32,000 nucleotides of DNA from Candidatus Nitrosopumilus sp. SW (GTDB lineage: Archaea; Thermoproteota; Nitrososphaeria; Nitrososphaerales; Nitrosopumilaceae), in the NCBI RefSeq assembly GCF_006740685.1, contig NZ_CP035425.1, positions 101,687 through 133,686 of the forward strand, in the 5' to 3' direction. Positions within the stretch are counted from its first letter, which is position 1, and every line of letters begins with the position of its first letter. Below, one piece after another: positions 1 through 9,194 of this stretch. Under the pieces are notes generated by a model. The model made no database searches. It was not told the origin of the DNA and was given only the letters and a program-made list of their open reading frames with translations. Both the position numbers and the translations under genes were made by a program.

Positions 1-1
1 T

Positions 2-535
2 TCGCCCATTTTGGGAGATTCTAATGCACCAGTAACTCTAGTGGAATTTGGAGATTATCAATGTCATTTTTGCAATGTCTTTTTCCATTCAACTGAAGGA
101 GATATTTTGAAAAACTATATTGAAACGGGTAAAGTTAGAATGATCTTCAAGGATTACAACATCATTGGTCCTGATTCCATTAATGCATCTCATGGTGCAC
201 ATTGTGCAAATGATCAGAATATGTTTTGGGAGTATCATGATATTTTGTATAATAATTGGACTGGAGAAAATAATGGATGGGCATCATCAGAGAATTTGTT
301 ACGATTTGCACAAGAGATTGGATTAGATGTGGATAAATGGTCTGAGTGTATGATAAATGGTGAGCATTCTCAAACTATTGTTGCAAGTAATGATGATGCT
401 AGAGCACTAGAACTAACTGGAACTCCTGCATTTTTTGTAATAGGACCGGATGGCAAAGTTACAAGATTGTTTGGAGCACAACCTTATGACACATTTCAAA
501 GAGTCTTTGAAACAGAGTTAGAAAAACGTAGTTAG
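2..535 (+). CDS. DsbA-like thioredoxin-fold thiol:disulfide oxidoreductase (5' end outside window)
   Basis: The frame is open from base 2, so the TTG at 11 is probably internal. A CxxC motif sits in 'VTLVEFGDYQCHFC' and a 'LTGTPAFFV' cis-Pro-type loop lies near the C-terminus, which is the DsbA/COG1651 layout. Confidence 0.8.
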   Translation, partial: SPILGDSNAPVTLVEFGDYQCHFCNVFFHSTEGDILKNYIETGKVRMIFKDYNIIGPDSINASHGAHCANDQNMFWEYHDILYNNWTGENNGWASSENLLRFAQEIGLDVDKWSECMINGEHSQTIVASNDDARALELTGTPAFFVIGPDGKVTRLFGAQPYDTFQRVFETELEKRS

Positions 536-640
536 CGATCAAAATAGGCATAACAAGTCAAAAAAAAGTCTCAAAATTCCCTTCCTAGTTATCTAGAATT
601 TACCCGCTAACCTTATTAGTGAATTATCGGAGGCAAGCTT

Positions 641-2035
641 ATGGCAGCTGGAATTGACGATATTGCAATATACATCCCCCGATTGTACATTGATGCCGCA
701 GATTTTGCAAAGGCCAGAGGATTAGACCCAGTAAAATTACAAAAAGGTCTAGGAGTTTCTCAAATGGCAATAGTCGATGCTAATCAAGATCCTGCAATCT
801 TGGCTGCAAATGCTTGTTTGAAGATTATGCAAAAAAACAAGCTATCCCCAGAAGATATTGGTAGATTATACGTTTCAACAGAATCATCTTTTGATGAGTC
901 AAAGGCAATGAACTCTTATGTCATCGGAATGCTAGAGCAGGTTTATGGTCAAGGCGCATTTGAGCACTGTGGTGGTGTTGAGACTAAATTTGCATGTGTT
1001 AGTGGTTCTTATGCTCTATATGATAATACAAATTGGATTAGGGCAGGAGAAGCTGAAGGAAAACATGCACTGGTAGTTGTATCAGACATTGCAAAATATG
1101 ACATGGGATCTAGTGGAGAGATGACTCAGGGTGCAGGAGCAGTAGTAATGCTTCTTAATGATAAACCAAGACTATTGGCATTTGACCCCAAAGTGACCTC
1201 AACTTCAATTAAAGATGAATATGACTTTTACAGGCCATTTGGAAAAGAGACTCCTATAGTTCACGGTCAATACTCTAACATGCTATACATGATTCAGGTG
1301 AGAAAAGCACTTGAAGCATACAAGAAAAAAGTAATCTCATCAGGACTAATCAACATAGAACCAGGGGAGACAATACTAGACCACATGGATTACATCAACA
1401 TGCACTTGCCATATAGTAACATGGGAAAGAAAGCATTGGCATATTTGGTAAGACATGAGTGGCGTCAGCTTCCAAGATGGAAGAAGATATTACAAGAAAT
1501 TGGAATGGAAGAACCAGTTCCAAAAGATCCTCGTGGAACTATTGAATCAGTGTTGGGAGATGAAGAATTTATGGCAAAAGATCATGAGTTTACAAAATTA
1601 TTTACAAAAACTCCTGAATACCAGGAAGTGTATGAATCAAAACTTGCAAGTTCATTAATTGCATCTAGTATGATTGGTAACTTGTACACTGCATCATTGT
1701 ATTTGGGATTTAGAAGTAGTTTAGAATTTGAATATCAAAAAGGAATCAATTTGGAAGGAAAGAGAGTCGGATTTGGTTCCTATGGTAGTGGAAGTAGTGC
1801 AATGGTGTTTAGCGGAGTGATCCAACCAGAATTTGAGCAGATTGTAAAGAATATGAACTTGGAAGCAGAAATCGGAGAGAGACGAAAATTAACTTGGGAA
1901 GAATATGAAGAACTACACGAAAATAAAATTTCTCCTGAAGATTCAATGCTTCACTCCAAGAAAGAATTCAGTTTAGTTGATGTAAAAACTGAAACAGAAT
2001 CCAGAGGCGAAAGACGTTATGTCTATAACGAATAA
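641..2035 (+). CDS. Hydroxymethylglutaryl-CoA synthase (mevalonate pathway)
   Basis: 464 aa. HMGCS signatures are present: 'LYVSTESSFDESKA', the catalytic Cys context 'KFACVSGSYAL', 'NMHLPYSN' and 'GFGSYGSGSSA'. No thiolase or DUF35 partner is adjacent. Confidence 0.9.
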   Translation: MAAGIDDIAIYIPRLYIDAADFAKARGLDPVKLQKGLGVSQMAIVDANQDPAILAANACLKIMQKNKLSPEDIGRLYVSTESSFDESKAMNSYVIGMLEQVYGQGAFEHCGGVETKFACVSGSYALYDNTNWIRAGEAEGKHALVVVSDIAKYDMGSSGEMTQGAGAVVMLLNDKPRLLAFDPKVTSTSIKDEYDFYRPFGKETPIVHGQYSNMLYMIQVRKALEAYKKKVISSGLINIEPGETILDHMDYINMHLPYSNMGKKALAYLVRHEWRQLPRWKKILQEIGMEEPVPKDPRGTIESVLGDEEFMAKDHEFTKLFTKTPEYQEVYESKLASSLIASSMIGNLYTASLYLGFRSSLEFEYQKGINLEGKRVGFGSYGSGSSAMVFSGVIQPEFEQIVKNMNLEAEIGERRKLTWEEYEELHENKISPEDSMLHSKKEFSLVDVKTETESRGERRYVYNE

Positions 2036-2037
2036 AA

Positions 2038-2340
2038 TTATCTAGCTTTTCGTTTGTAACCCTGTTCTATTTTGCAGTTTGACAGTGAAGAGTTTTGAGC
2101 TTTACTTGATGTTTTTTTCTTTTTTGACGTACTCATCTTTTCTTCAATTTTGAAAATTTTTGGAGTTTTTGATATGATTTTTGTATTTTTAGAATGAATG
2201 ATGTTTGTTGGAGAAGTTTGTTTGTTGTTTTTCTTTTTTGGTTTATCAGGATCTGTAGGATTCTTTTTTGTCCATATGATATTTTTGAGATCAGTAGATG
2301 AAGAACGTTCGATATTGTAATCACCTAATGATTTACCCAT
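2038..2340 (-). CDS. Lys/Ser/Thr-rich low-complexity hypothetical protein
   Basis: The track ORF 2038..2451 would overlap the divergent gene at 2411. The internal ATG at 2340 gives 100 aa (MGKSLGDYNIE...). The composition is disordered-like and no domain is recognised. Confidence 0.35.
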   Translation of the reverse strand: MGKSLGDYNIERSSSTDLKNIIWTKKNPTDPDKPKKKNNKQTSPTNIIHSKNTKIISKTPKIFKIEEKMSTSKKKKTSSKAQNSSLSNCKIEQGYKRKAR

Positions 2341-2410
2341 GACATTCTTACAGAGCAGAGAGTTTAAGCGTATGCAATAAAGACATGAATTATTCATATA
2401 AGGCACATGA

Positions 2411-2974
2411 ATGATCAGGATAAGAATGGATGAAGAAGTAAATCCAATCAAAGATTATCTGTTTGACTATATCAAAAATTCACAAACAATACCGGAATTA
2501 ATAACTGAGAAAAAATTTGATTTGGTGATTAGTGAAATCATTGAAAATTGTTATGATAAAATCACAACTATGGATGAAAAAGATTTAGCAGTAGGAGTAC
2601 TAGCTACTGGTATTTTGCACTATTTGTTGACTAATGCATTATTGACTAGTCAGAGAAAAATAGAGTATGACGGAATAGAATTAGACATTGTAATTCCAGA
2701 TGTAAAAACTCTAGAAAAAGATCCTAAAATGACTCTACTCATTTGCATTCCAAAATCATTAAACAAACAAGTAATTGAAGAAAAAATCACACAGTTAGAA
2801 AGAATTCAGCCAAACAAAGAAAACATTTGGGTAGTTTTATCTGAAGACATATCCATAAAGAACAAAACATTTGTGTTATCAAAAGAAAATCCATCTTTTT
2901 TGAAGATAATCTTTGAGATTGCACAGTTTAGCAATGTTGGCGGGGCAAACAAGTTCAAAATTTTACGGATATAA
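2411..2974 (+). CDS. Hypothetical protein
   Basis: A 187-aa ORF with an alternative ATG at 2426. No family is recognised. 'GIELDIVIPDVK' is only faintly PD-(D/E)xK-like. Confidence 0.5.
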   Translation: MIRIRMDEEVNPIKDYLFDYIKNSQTIPELITEKKFDLVISEIIENCYDKITTMDEKDLAVGVLATGILHYLLTNALLTSQRKIEYDGIELDIVIPDVKTLEKDPKMTLLICIPKSLNKQVIEEKITQLERIQPNKENIWVVLSEDISIKNKTFVLSKENPSFLKIIFEIAQFSNVGGANKFKILRI

Positions 2975-3046
2975 ACAAAATTTAGTAAAAACTAACGAAA
3001 ATCATTTTGAAGAAATCAATATAACTTTCAATCTGACAGGGTTTAC

Positions 3047-3610
3047 ATGATAAATCCTGTAGAAGAACTAAAGGCGTTAGGATTTAAGCAAATTTGCAAT
3101 TCAAAAGAAGAAACAATTGATTTTGTTCACAATCTCAAACATAAAGACCACAGCATCTTAATTTTCCATCAAGATCAAACAAGAGACATAATTGTAAATG
3201 AATTTCTCAATAAAGAAAATACCCGAAATTCAATGACTGCTTGTTTTACCAATAATCCAAAAAAATACAATTGCCATCATCAAATTACATATAATGAATT
3301 AATCCAAGAGCAAAAATTTCAACCAAATATTGTAAGTGATTTTCTGTTAAATGTTTTGGCAGATTCTTACAAAAAAGAACAAACTCGAATTGCTTGTGAA
3401 GAGACATCTTGGCTTGCAGAGCAAGGAGTATTTGATGAACATCAAAAATGGGGTAACACTATAGACCAAAAAGTAATAGATGAATCTTCAGTAATGTGTT
3501 GTTATAATGTAACAAAACTAACTGAGGAACAAATGAAGACTGTTCTATCAAGTAGAAAATACATTATTTTGGATAATCCGTTTTCAGTGTATGAAAAAGA
3601 ATATTCCTAG
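3047..3610 (+). CDS. MEDS-domain-like protein (putative sensory/regulatory)
   Basis: 187 aa. 'DHSILIFHQDQTRDIIVNEFL', then 'RIACEETSWL', 'VMCCYNV' and 'VLSSRKYIILDN' follow the block order I recall for the MEDS family (H-x-C/I-x-F/Y..., R-x-x-G-E-x-x-W, lCxY, H-x-x-vi). This is from memory and not profile-tested. Confidence 0.45.
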   Translation: MINPVEELKALGFKQICNSKEETIDFVHNLKHKDHSILIFHQDQTRDIIVNEFLNKENTRNSMTACFTNNPKKYNCHHQITYNELIQEQKFQPNIVSDFLLNVLADSYKKEQTRIACEETSWLAEQGVFDEHQKWGNTIDQKVIDESSVMCCYNVTKLTEEQMKTVLSSRKYIILDNPFSVYEKEYS

Positions 3611-3651
3611 TGTTAAATAGGGATTAAATATCAAAAGTACACAACTAGATC

Positions 3652-3936
3652 ATGGCATCAATAATTGTAATTCCAATAATTATAGTTGCAGTTGTGGGAT
3701 TAACTGGATATTTGGTATACAAATTTGCCATGTATGATCTTCTTTGCAAAAGATCAGTGAATAAGACGTTACAAAAATACAATATCCAAAAAACACCTTC
3801 ACAAATAATCAAAGAGTATTACGACATGAGAGGAGAATCAAAATCTCACAAAGAAATTCAAAATCTTGAAAAACAATATAGGCAAAAAGAACCAGATCAG
3901 TTCCTAATAATGTATGATAAAATTAGAGAAAAATAG
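3652..3936 (+). CDS. Small membrane-anchored protein
   Basis: 94 aa with an N-terminal hydrophobic helix (IIVIPIIIVAVVGLTGYLVYKF) followed by a charged tail. The start context is GATCATGGCA. Confidence 0.5.
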   Translation: MASIIVIPIIIVAVVGLTGYLVYKFAMYDLLCKRSVNKTLQKYNIQKTPSQIIKEYYDMRGESKSHKEIQNLEKQYRQKEPDQFLIMYDKIREK

Positions 3937-4123
3937 TAAATGATTAGATCATATTCATATAATATGAGAACAATATAATAAGATGTGAATAGAATCCTCA
4001 TAATTGGAATAATAGCAATAAGCATTTTTGGTTTAATAGAGACATTAATTTTTACAAATGCAATTCCATAGAGAATTTGTTTTAGGACAAAAGGTTATTA
4101 GAAAACTTTGAGACTAGAAAAGA

Positions 4124-4486
4124 ATGGCAAAAAAAGTTCTGATAGTAGATGATACCATTAGTATTTTAGATATGTTAAAAGACAGTTTGACATCTGAAGG
4201 TTATGAAGTTGAAACTGTAAACAACAGTACAAAAGGGCTAGAGATGATCAAAACTGATGCATATGACATAGTTCTGTTAGACATCCAAATGCCAGAAATG
4301 ACAGGATTGGAAATTATTAGTTCATTGAAAGATACATCAATTATACATACTACAAAAATTGTTTTGATGACTGCATCAGAGATTCCTAGTGAAGATTTGA
4401 CAAACTTGATGAAGGTAGGCGTTGCAGCATGGATAAGAAAGCCAATTAATTTAGAAATTCTTTCAGGACGATTAAAGACACTGTAA
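4124..4486 (+). CDS. Stand-alone response-regulator receiver domain (CheY-like)
   Basis: 120 aa. It has 'KVLIVDD', the phospho-acceptor context 'IVLLDIQMPEMTG', 'VLMTAS' and a conserved Lys in 'IRKP'. There is no output domain and no histidine kinase in the window. Confidence 0.9.
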   Translation: MAKKVLIVDDTISILDMLKDSLTSEGYEVETVNNSTKGLEMIKTDAYDIVLLDIQMPEMTGLEIISSLKDTSIIHTTKIVLMTASEIPSEDLTNLMKVGVAAWIRKPINLEILSGRLKTL

Positions 4487-4583
4487 TGAAAATAATTTCA
4501 GAATAAACCCGTTATCATATGACCAATCAAGTACAATTATCGCAGGATTTTTTGCTTAAATAGAAAGAAATGTACAGTATAGT

Positions 4584-4718
4584 ATGGTTCAACTGCACAT
4601 TTCAAATGAAACAAAACGTAGAATGGAAAATATTGTAGGCATAACAAATACCCGAGATGGAGATTATTTTGTGAATAACCTAATCGATATTTTAGAAAAA
4701 AAGGCTAGACAAAGGTAA
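4584..4718 (+). CDS. Small ORF, 44 aa (below track cut-off)
   Basis: My own translation: MVQLHISNETKRRMENIVGITNTRDGDYFVNNLIDILEKKARQR. It is intact from ATG to TAA. The beta-then-helix pattern is loosely RHH-like, but this is unsupported. Confidence 0.25.
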   Translation: MVQLHISNETKRRMENIVGITNTRDGDYFVNNLIDILEKKARQR

Positions 4719-4720
4719 AA

Positions 4721-4876
4721 CTATTCTTTATAGTGAACTAGCAAAGAATTTCCCATAACAGGCATCACTGCAATTATGTTTTCACCTTTTTCAGCTAGAA
4801 AATCATTTACCACATCTTGAAGGTATACTCCTTCAGAAAGGGTCTTTGTTTCAAAGTAGCGAATTTTATGAATCAT
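4721..4876 (-). CDS. Small ORF, 51 aa (below track cut-off)
   Basis: My own translation: MIHKIRYFETKTLSEGVYLQDVVNDFLAEKGENIIAVMPVMGNSLLVHYKE. It is convergent with the 4584 ORF, with a 2-nt gap. Confidence 0.3.
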   Translation of the reverse strand: MIHKIRYFETKTLSEGVYLQDVVNDFLAEKGENIIAVMPVMGNSLLVHYKE

Positions 4877-4969
4877 TGTCGCTAAAAAATACATTTACAA
4901 GTATATTACATTTTGATAACGAACAAAAATTACATGAAATTATTGCTAAGTAGATAACGCATATTTCAT

Positions 4970-5068
4970 TTATTGTCCTATTTCTTTTGCACAAGTTGAT
5001 GAACAAGTAGAATCATCACTCAAACTCTCATATTCTCTGCCACAGTGAACACATGTTCTAAAAGACAT
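4970..5068 (-). CDS. Small Cys-rich (zinc-ribbon-like) ORF, 32 aa
   Basis: My own translation: MSFRTCVHCGREYESLSDDSTCSSTCAKEIGQ. It has CxxC followed by CxxxC. Confidence 0.3.
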   Translation of the reverse strand: MSFRTCVHCGREYESLSDDSTCSSTCAKEIGQ

Positions 5069-5128
5069 GTGTTAATTACACGTTCATACTATAAAAGAAA
5101 ACAAAGTCCAGTGTAAAATATTCTAAAA

Positions 5129-5992
5129 TTATGGAGTCACTGGAATTTGAATAAATGGAGTTCCACCTTCACCAACTACTAGAGGTAATTTTCCATCCCA
5201 GGCTTGTGTCTTTAACCAATCTAGGTAATTTGGATTCTCTGCAAGGGCTTTATTGATAATTGCAATAGCTTCTGCTTCACCTTTTGCTTCTGCAATATTT
5301 GCATTTGCAAGACCAATTGCATTGGCCTCACGCTGTCGAGCTTCAACTTCAATTCTTCTCAAGTCATTTTCTGCTTTGAGTGCCTTTTGTTCTGCCTCTA
5401 CTTTAGATTCAATTGCCTGAGCAAATAATGGTGAAAATTCAAAATCAGTAATTGAAATTACCTCAGTTACTACATCAAATTGGTTTAATCTATCTCTAAT
5501 GGATGATTCAATGTCTGCTTTGACAAGAGGTCGTTTTGTGATTAATTCTTCAGCATTATAATTTGCAGTTACTTGTTTTACTGTTTCTTCAATTGCTGGC
5601 TGAATTACTCTGTTTTCATAATCTAGTCCCAGATTTTTGTACAATCTATGTACTGCTTCTTTATCAGGGTGATAGTTTACAGTAACAGTAGTCTCTACTG
5701 TCTGCAAATCTTTTGATGCACTTCTAGCATCATTTGCGTATTTTAGAGTACGAACTTCAATGTTAACTACTTCATCTTGGAATGGTACAACAAAATGCAG
5801 ACCTTCGTCAAGTGGTGGTTGTGTTAAATCAACAGCATTCCAATGTAATAATACACCTCTGTGTCCAGAATCTACAATTTTTACTGAAGCAGTTGCCACT
5901 ACTCCAACTATGATCAAAACTACAATTGCCACTGCAATTCCTTTTGCAGCACCCATATTCACACTAACACTAGGAGATTGATATTTTGACAA
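5129..5992 (-). CDS. SPFH/band-7 (prohibitin-type) membrane protein
   Basis: 287 aa. An N-terminal TM helix is followed by an SPFH core ('GHRGVLLHW', 'GLHFVVPFQDEV') and an Ala/Glu-rich coiled coil ('EAEQKALKAENDLRRIEVEARQREANA'). Confidence 0.9.
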   Translation of the reverse strand: MSKYQSPSVSVNMGAAKGIAVAIVVLIIVGVVATASVKIVDSGHRGVLLHWNAVDLTQPPLDEGLHFVVPFQDEVVNIEVRTLKYANDARSASKDLQTVETTVTVNYHPDKEAVHRLYKNLGLDYENRVIQPAIEETVKQVTANYNAEELITKRPLVKADIESSIRDRLNQFDVVTEVISITDFEFSPLFAQAIESKVEAEQKALKAENDLRRIEVEARQREANAIGLANANIAEAKGEAEAIAIINKALAENPNYLDWLKTQAWDGKLPLVVGEGGTPFIQIPVTP

Positions 5993-6099
5993 TAGTTACA
6001 GTGTGTATCTACTACTATTATACCATCTGTAAAATCACAACTTAGGCACACCAGATGCCTAAAATGAACAAATTTATCCCAAGAATAAGAAACTAATTC

Positions 6100-6498
6100 A
6101 TGGTAGAACCAAACTTTTCTTGGATTTATCTGATAATTTTCTTAGCAATACCATTATCAAGAATCATTCCAAGAATATTGGCAAAAAGAAGACAAACAAA
6201 TGGAGATTATTTAGGAATTAAAAGACCAAATCAAGAAAACATAGATGCAGTTAGAATAGAAGAGCCACCATCAAGACCTCAAACAAAAGATATGCAAGTT
6301 TTAGGAATTATGCATCAAGGAGCAAATACATTTGAGAAAATTCAAAGATCAGTAAAAATGGAAAATAAAGAACTAGACTCAATTTTACAGGAATTGGAAA
6401 ACAAAGATCTTATCAAAGTAGTACAAAAACAAGGAATGTTTGGACCAAAAATTGAACTTTATTCTACAGATAAGGGATTCAAAGAATATTATTCTTAA
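6100..6498 (+). CDS. Membrane-anchored winged-helix protein (putative regulator)
   Basis: 132 aa. It has an N-terminal TM helix (WIYLIIFLAIPLSRIIP) and a C-terminal wHTH-like segment ('TFEKIQRSV..ELDSILQELENKDLIKVV'). Confidence 0.5.
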   Translation: MVEPNFSWIYLIIFLAIPLSRIIPRILAKRRQTNGDYLGIKRPNQENIDAVRIEEPPSRPQTKDMQVLGIMHQGANTFEKIQRSVKMENKELDSILQELENKDLIKVVQKQGMFGPKIELYSTDKGFKEYYS

Positions 6499-7182
6499 TT
6501 ATTTTAATAATGATTTCAAATCAATATTATTCTTAAAGATACTATTAAGAGCAGAATCACTCATGTCTTTGATAAATGGAATAGAACCCAGAACCTTGAC
6601 GCCAGTTAAATTCTCTAAATCTCTTTTTAGATTTTTTACAGAATAACCATCATCAAAATCATTAATGATTATTCCTTTGATTGGAATTTTGTATTTCTCA
6701 CACATTTTAACAGTCATTATAGTATGATTAACAGTTCCAACTTTGCTTCTAGTCACAATTACTGTAGGAATCTTGAGTTCTTTGATTAGATTTGTAATGT
6801 AATAGTCTTTGAGAATTGGAGTCATAATTCCTCCCATGCCTTCTACAAGAATCATGTCATGGAGTTTTGATAATTTTTTGAAACTAGTTAGAATGGTTGA
6901 AATTTTGGGTTTTGTTTTAAGATTCTTCCAAGCAGTGTATGGAGATGCAGGAATTGGAAAGAATTGAGGATTTACCAAATTTTCAGGATCAGTTGTTTTT
7001 GAAGCTCTTGCTAAAATTTCAACGTCTTCTGATTTGTAACCCTTTTTCTGGGCGGTTCCTGCTGCAAATGGTTTCATGACTCCAACATCTACATCCATTT
7101 TTCGCAATGCAACTGCCAGTCCTGCTGTGATGTAGGTTTTACCAACATCAGTGTCAGTTCCTGCAATAAAGATAGATTTCAA
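6499..7182 (-). CDS. bioD: Dethiobiotin synthetase
   Basis: 227 aa with the P-loop 'GTDTDVGKTYIT', 'VEGMGG' and BioD-typical length. Confidence 0.9.
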   Translation of the reverse strand: MKSIFIAGTDTDVGKTYITAGLAVALRKMDVDVGVMKPFAAGTAQKKGYKSEDVEILARASKTTDPENLVNPQFFPIPASPYTAWKNLKTKPKISTILTSFKKLSKLHDMILVEGMGGIMTPILKDYYITNLIKELKIPTVIVTRSKVGTVNHTIMTVKMCEKYKIPIKGIIINDFDDGYSVKNLKRDLENLTGVKVLGSIPFIKDMSDSALNSIFKNNIDLKSLLK

Positions 7183-7262
7183 CAGACAGATTATAGATTA
7201 GTCCATTGATTAACTCATCGGTTGAGCAATATTGTTAAAAATATCCAGATAGTGTTGTAATC

Positions 7263-7448
7263 ATGGCAGAAAATTTTCAAGATCCTAAAAAATACGAAAC
7301 GGTAACAATTGAATCAAAAGTTAGAGAAGGGGTTTTTCATAAAGTAGTCAAAGAGTTAGAGAGTGGAAAAGCAGTTTCTTGTTCTTGTAAATGTTGGAGT
7401 AAAGGCGGAAAGGCTTGTGCTGCCATGAGAAGCATAGGTGTGGAATAG
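7263..7448 (+). CDS. Small Cys-rich protein (degenerate SWIM-like CxC..C motif)
   Basis: 61 aa. 'AVSCSCKCWSKGGKACAAM' resembles the SWIM pattern CxCx(n)CxH but lacks the His. The start context is AATCATGGCA. It lies between bioD and bioA. Confidence 0.45.
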   Translation: MAENFQDPKKYETVTIESKVREGVFHKVVKELESGKAVSCSCKCWSKGGKACAAMRSIGVE

Positions 7449-7499
7449 TTTTTCAAAGTAATCGGATAATTATTAAGATCTGAAATCATAGTAAATCAG

Positions 7500-8813
7500 T
7501 TGAAAAGTTCTGTTTGGCATCCCAATACCCAAATGAAAGAATGGAATTCATTTGATAAAATTATCAAGGCCAAAGGAGTCTGGCTTGAAGACTCAAAAGG
7601 TAACAAAATGATTGATGCTGTAGCCTCTATGTGGTGTAATGTTTGGGGTCATTCCAACCCTCAACTAGTCAAAGCAATCACAAATCAAAGCAAAAAATTA
7701 CAACATTCTTCAATGTTCAACATCACAAATGAGCCTGCAGAACAACTGGCAAACAATCTTGTAAAAATATCACCTAGAATGCACAAGGTATTCTATTCAG
7801 ATAATGGCTCTTCTGCAATGGAGATTGCAATTAAAATTGCATTACAGTACTGGAAAAATATCGGAGAGAAAAAGACAGAGATTGCAACTATAGAAAATGG
7901 ATATCATGGTGACACATTTGGCGCAATGGCAGTAGGTTATGTTCCACAATTCTTTGGGAAATTTAAAAAACAACTTTTTCAAACAATGCAATTTCCAGTT
8001 CCAAACAAATATCGACTACCAAAGGGATACACGTTAACGGACTATCAAAATCACTGTCTAGAAAAAATTGAGAAACAGTTTTCAAAAAATAACAAAATTG
8101 CAGCATTTGTCATGGAAAGTGGTGCACAAGTTGCAGGTGGAGTAATAATTTATCCAAAAGGATTTCAAAAAAAGATTAGTCAATTATGTAAAAAATACAA
8201 TGTTTTGTTTGTCTTAGATGAAATTGCAACAGGGTTTGGAAGATTAGGATCAATGACACAATACCAAGAACAAAAATCTATTCCAGATATTATAGCATAT
8301 GGGAAAATGTTGACTGGAGGATATCTAACTATGGCAGCAACTCTTGCAAACAAAAAAGTCTATGATTCATTTTCAGGAGAATTTAACGATTGGAAACATC
8401 TATTCCACGGACATACTTATACTGGAAATCCACTTGCAGCATCAGTTGCAAATGAAAATATCAAGATGTATAAAAAAAATAATCTAATTAAAAAAATCCA
8501 AAAAACATCCAAAGTGTTTGAAGAATATTATGATGAAATTTCTGAAATCGATATTGTCGGAGATATCAGACACAAGGGAATGCTTATGGGAATAGAACTA
8601 GTTACAGACAGACAGAAAAAGACACCGATTCATCCAAAAAAATCTATCAATAAAATATTCTATGAAACCGGAAAGAAAAACGGGATTTATCTCAGAACCC
8701 TGGGCAACATAGTCATGCTTGTACCACCTCTGGCAATTTCTGAAAAAGAGCTAAATTCACTCATAAAACGTACCATCAAGACAATCAAAAATGCAAAATC
8801 ACAAGTAGTCTGA
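7500..8813 (+). CDS. bioA: Adenosylmethionine-8-amino-7-oxononanoate aminotransferase
   Basis: 437 aa with a TTG start. It is a class-III aminotransferase: 'WCNVWGHSNP', 'LDEIATGFGRLG', PLP-Lys context 'YGKMLTGGYL'. Confidence 0.9.
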   Translation: MKSSVWHPNTQMKEWNSFDKIIKAKGVWLEDSKGNKMIDAVASMWCNVWGHSNPQLVKAITNQSKKLQHSSMFNITNEPAEQLANNLVKISPRMHKVFYSDNGSSAMEIAIKIALQYWKNIGEKKTEIATIENGYHGDTFGAMAVGYVPQFFGKFKKQLFQTMQFPVPNKYRLPKGYTLTDYQNHCLEKIEKQFSKNNKIAAFVMESGAQVAGGVIIYPKGFQKKISQLCKKYNVLFVLDEIATGFGRLGSMTQYQEQKSIPDIIAYGKMLTGGYLTMAATLANKKVYDSFSGEFNDWKHLFHGHTYTGNPLAASVANENIKMYKKNNLIKKIQKTSKVFEEYYDEISEIDIVGDIRHKGMLMGIELVTDRQKKTPIHPKKSINKIFYETGKKNGIYLRTLGNIVMLVPPLAISEKELNSLIKRTIKTIKNAKSQVV

Positions 8814-8951
8814 TAGTTAATCCCATCCCAAGTCTAATCTTTCTGTTATTGTAATGATCAATGTCTTTTCTTTTTTATGATTTTGTGACTGTCTGAAAAT
8901 CATGATTTTTGTAATTACGCCGGTATATAACAGAGACCAACTATCTAAAGT

Positions 8952-9068
8952 ATGTTTAAAAAAATAATTGAAAAACTGAAATTTGGTTCTTGTAAAATCA
9001 AAACAACTAGTGATGTAAACGCATTTACAGAATCTGAAAAAAAGAAATCAGAGAGAGCAGACAAATAA
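8952..9068 (+). CDS. Small ORF, 38 aa
   Basis: My own translation: MFKKIIEKLKFGSCKIKTTSDVNAFTESEKKKSERADK. Its TAA overlaps the ATG of the next ORF (TAATG), suggesting translational coupling. Confidence 0.25.
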   Translation: MFKKIIEKLKFGSCKIKTTSDVNAFTESEKKKSERADK

Positions 9069-9175
9069 TGGCATACCACTGCAAACACTGTAATTTTACT
9101 TGGGATGCAGCTGAAGATAATATTCAGCAATTACTTTCACATGAAAAGACTCATCTAAAAAAGAGAACATCTTAG
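9068..9175 (+). CDS. Mini C2H2-like zinc-finger protein, 35 aa
   Basis: My own translation: MAYHCKHCNFTWDAAEDNIQQLLSHEKTHLKKRTS. The spacing is C-x2-C-x16-H-x3-H. It is a paralogue of the next ORF. Confidence 0.5.
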   Translation: MAYHCKHCNFTWDAAEDNIQQLLSHEKTHLKKRTS

Positions 9176-9194
9176 ATTGCAGGTGTTTTGAGAA

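Noticed and set aside
1455-1658. Short alternative-frame or antisense ORFs inside HMGCS, prohibitin, bioB, psmA, the SPOUT gene, purC and others (e.g. 1455-1658, 5760-5981, 9935-10126, 10184-10486, 15574-15870, 16570-16925, 30946-31229)
   Set aside because: All are nested in well-supported genes in other frames or on the opposite strand, and none has any independent signal.
7183-7262. A second BirA-like operator in the bioD / small-ORF divergent promoter (TTGTTAAAA at ~7230)
   Set aside because: Only one degenerate half-site is present, and the partner 15 nt away matches about 5 of 9 positions. This is not convincing.
8945-9130. A 61-aa minus-strand track ORF between bioA and bioB
   Set aside because: It has a hydrophobic, low-complexity composition and lies antisense to the coupled + strand mini-ORFs, which show paralogous zinc-finger motifs. 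It is most likely spurious.
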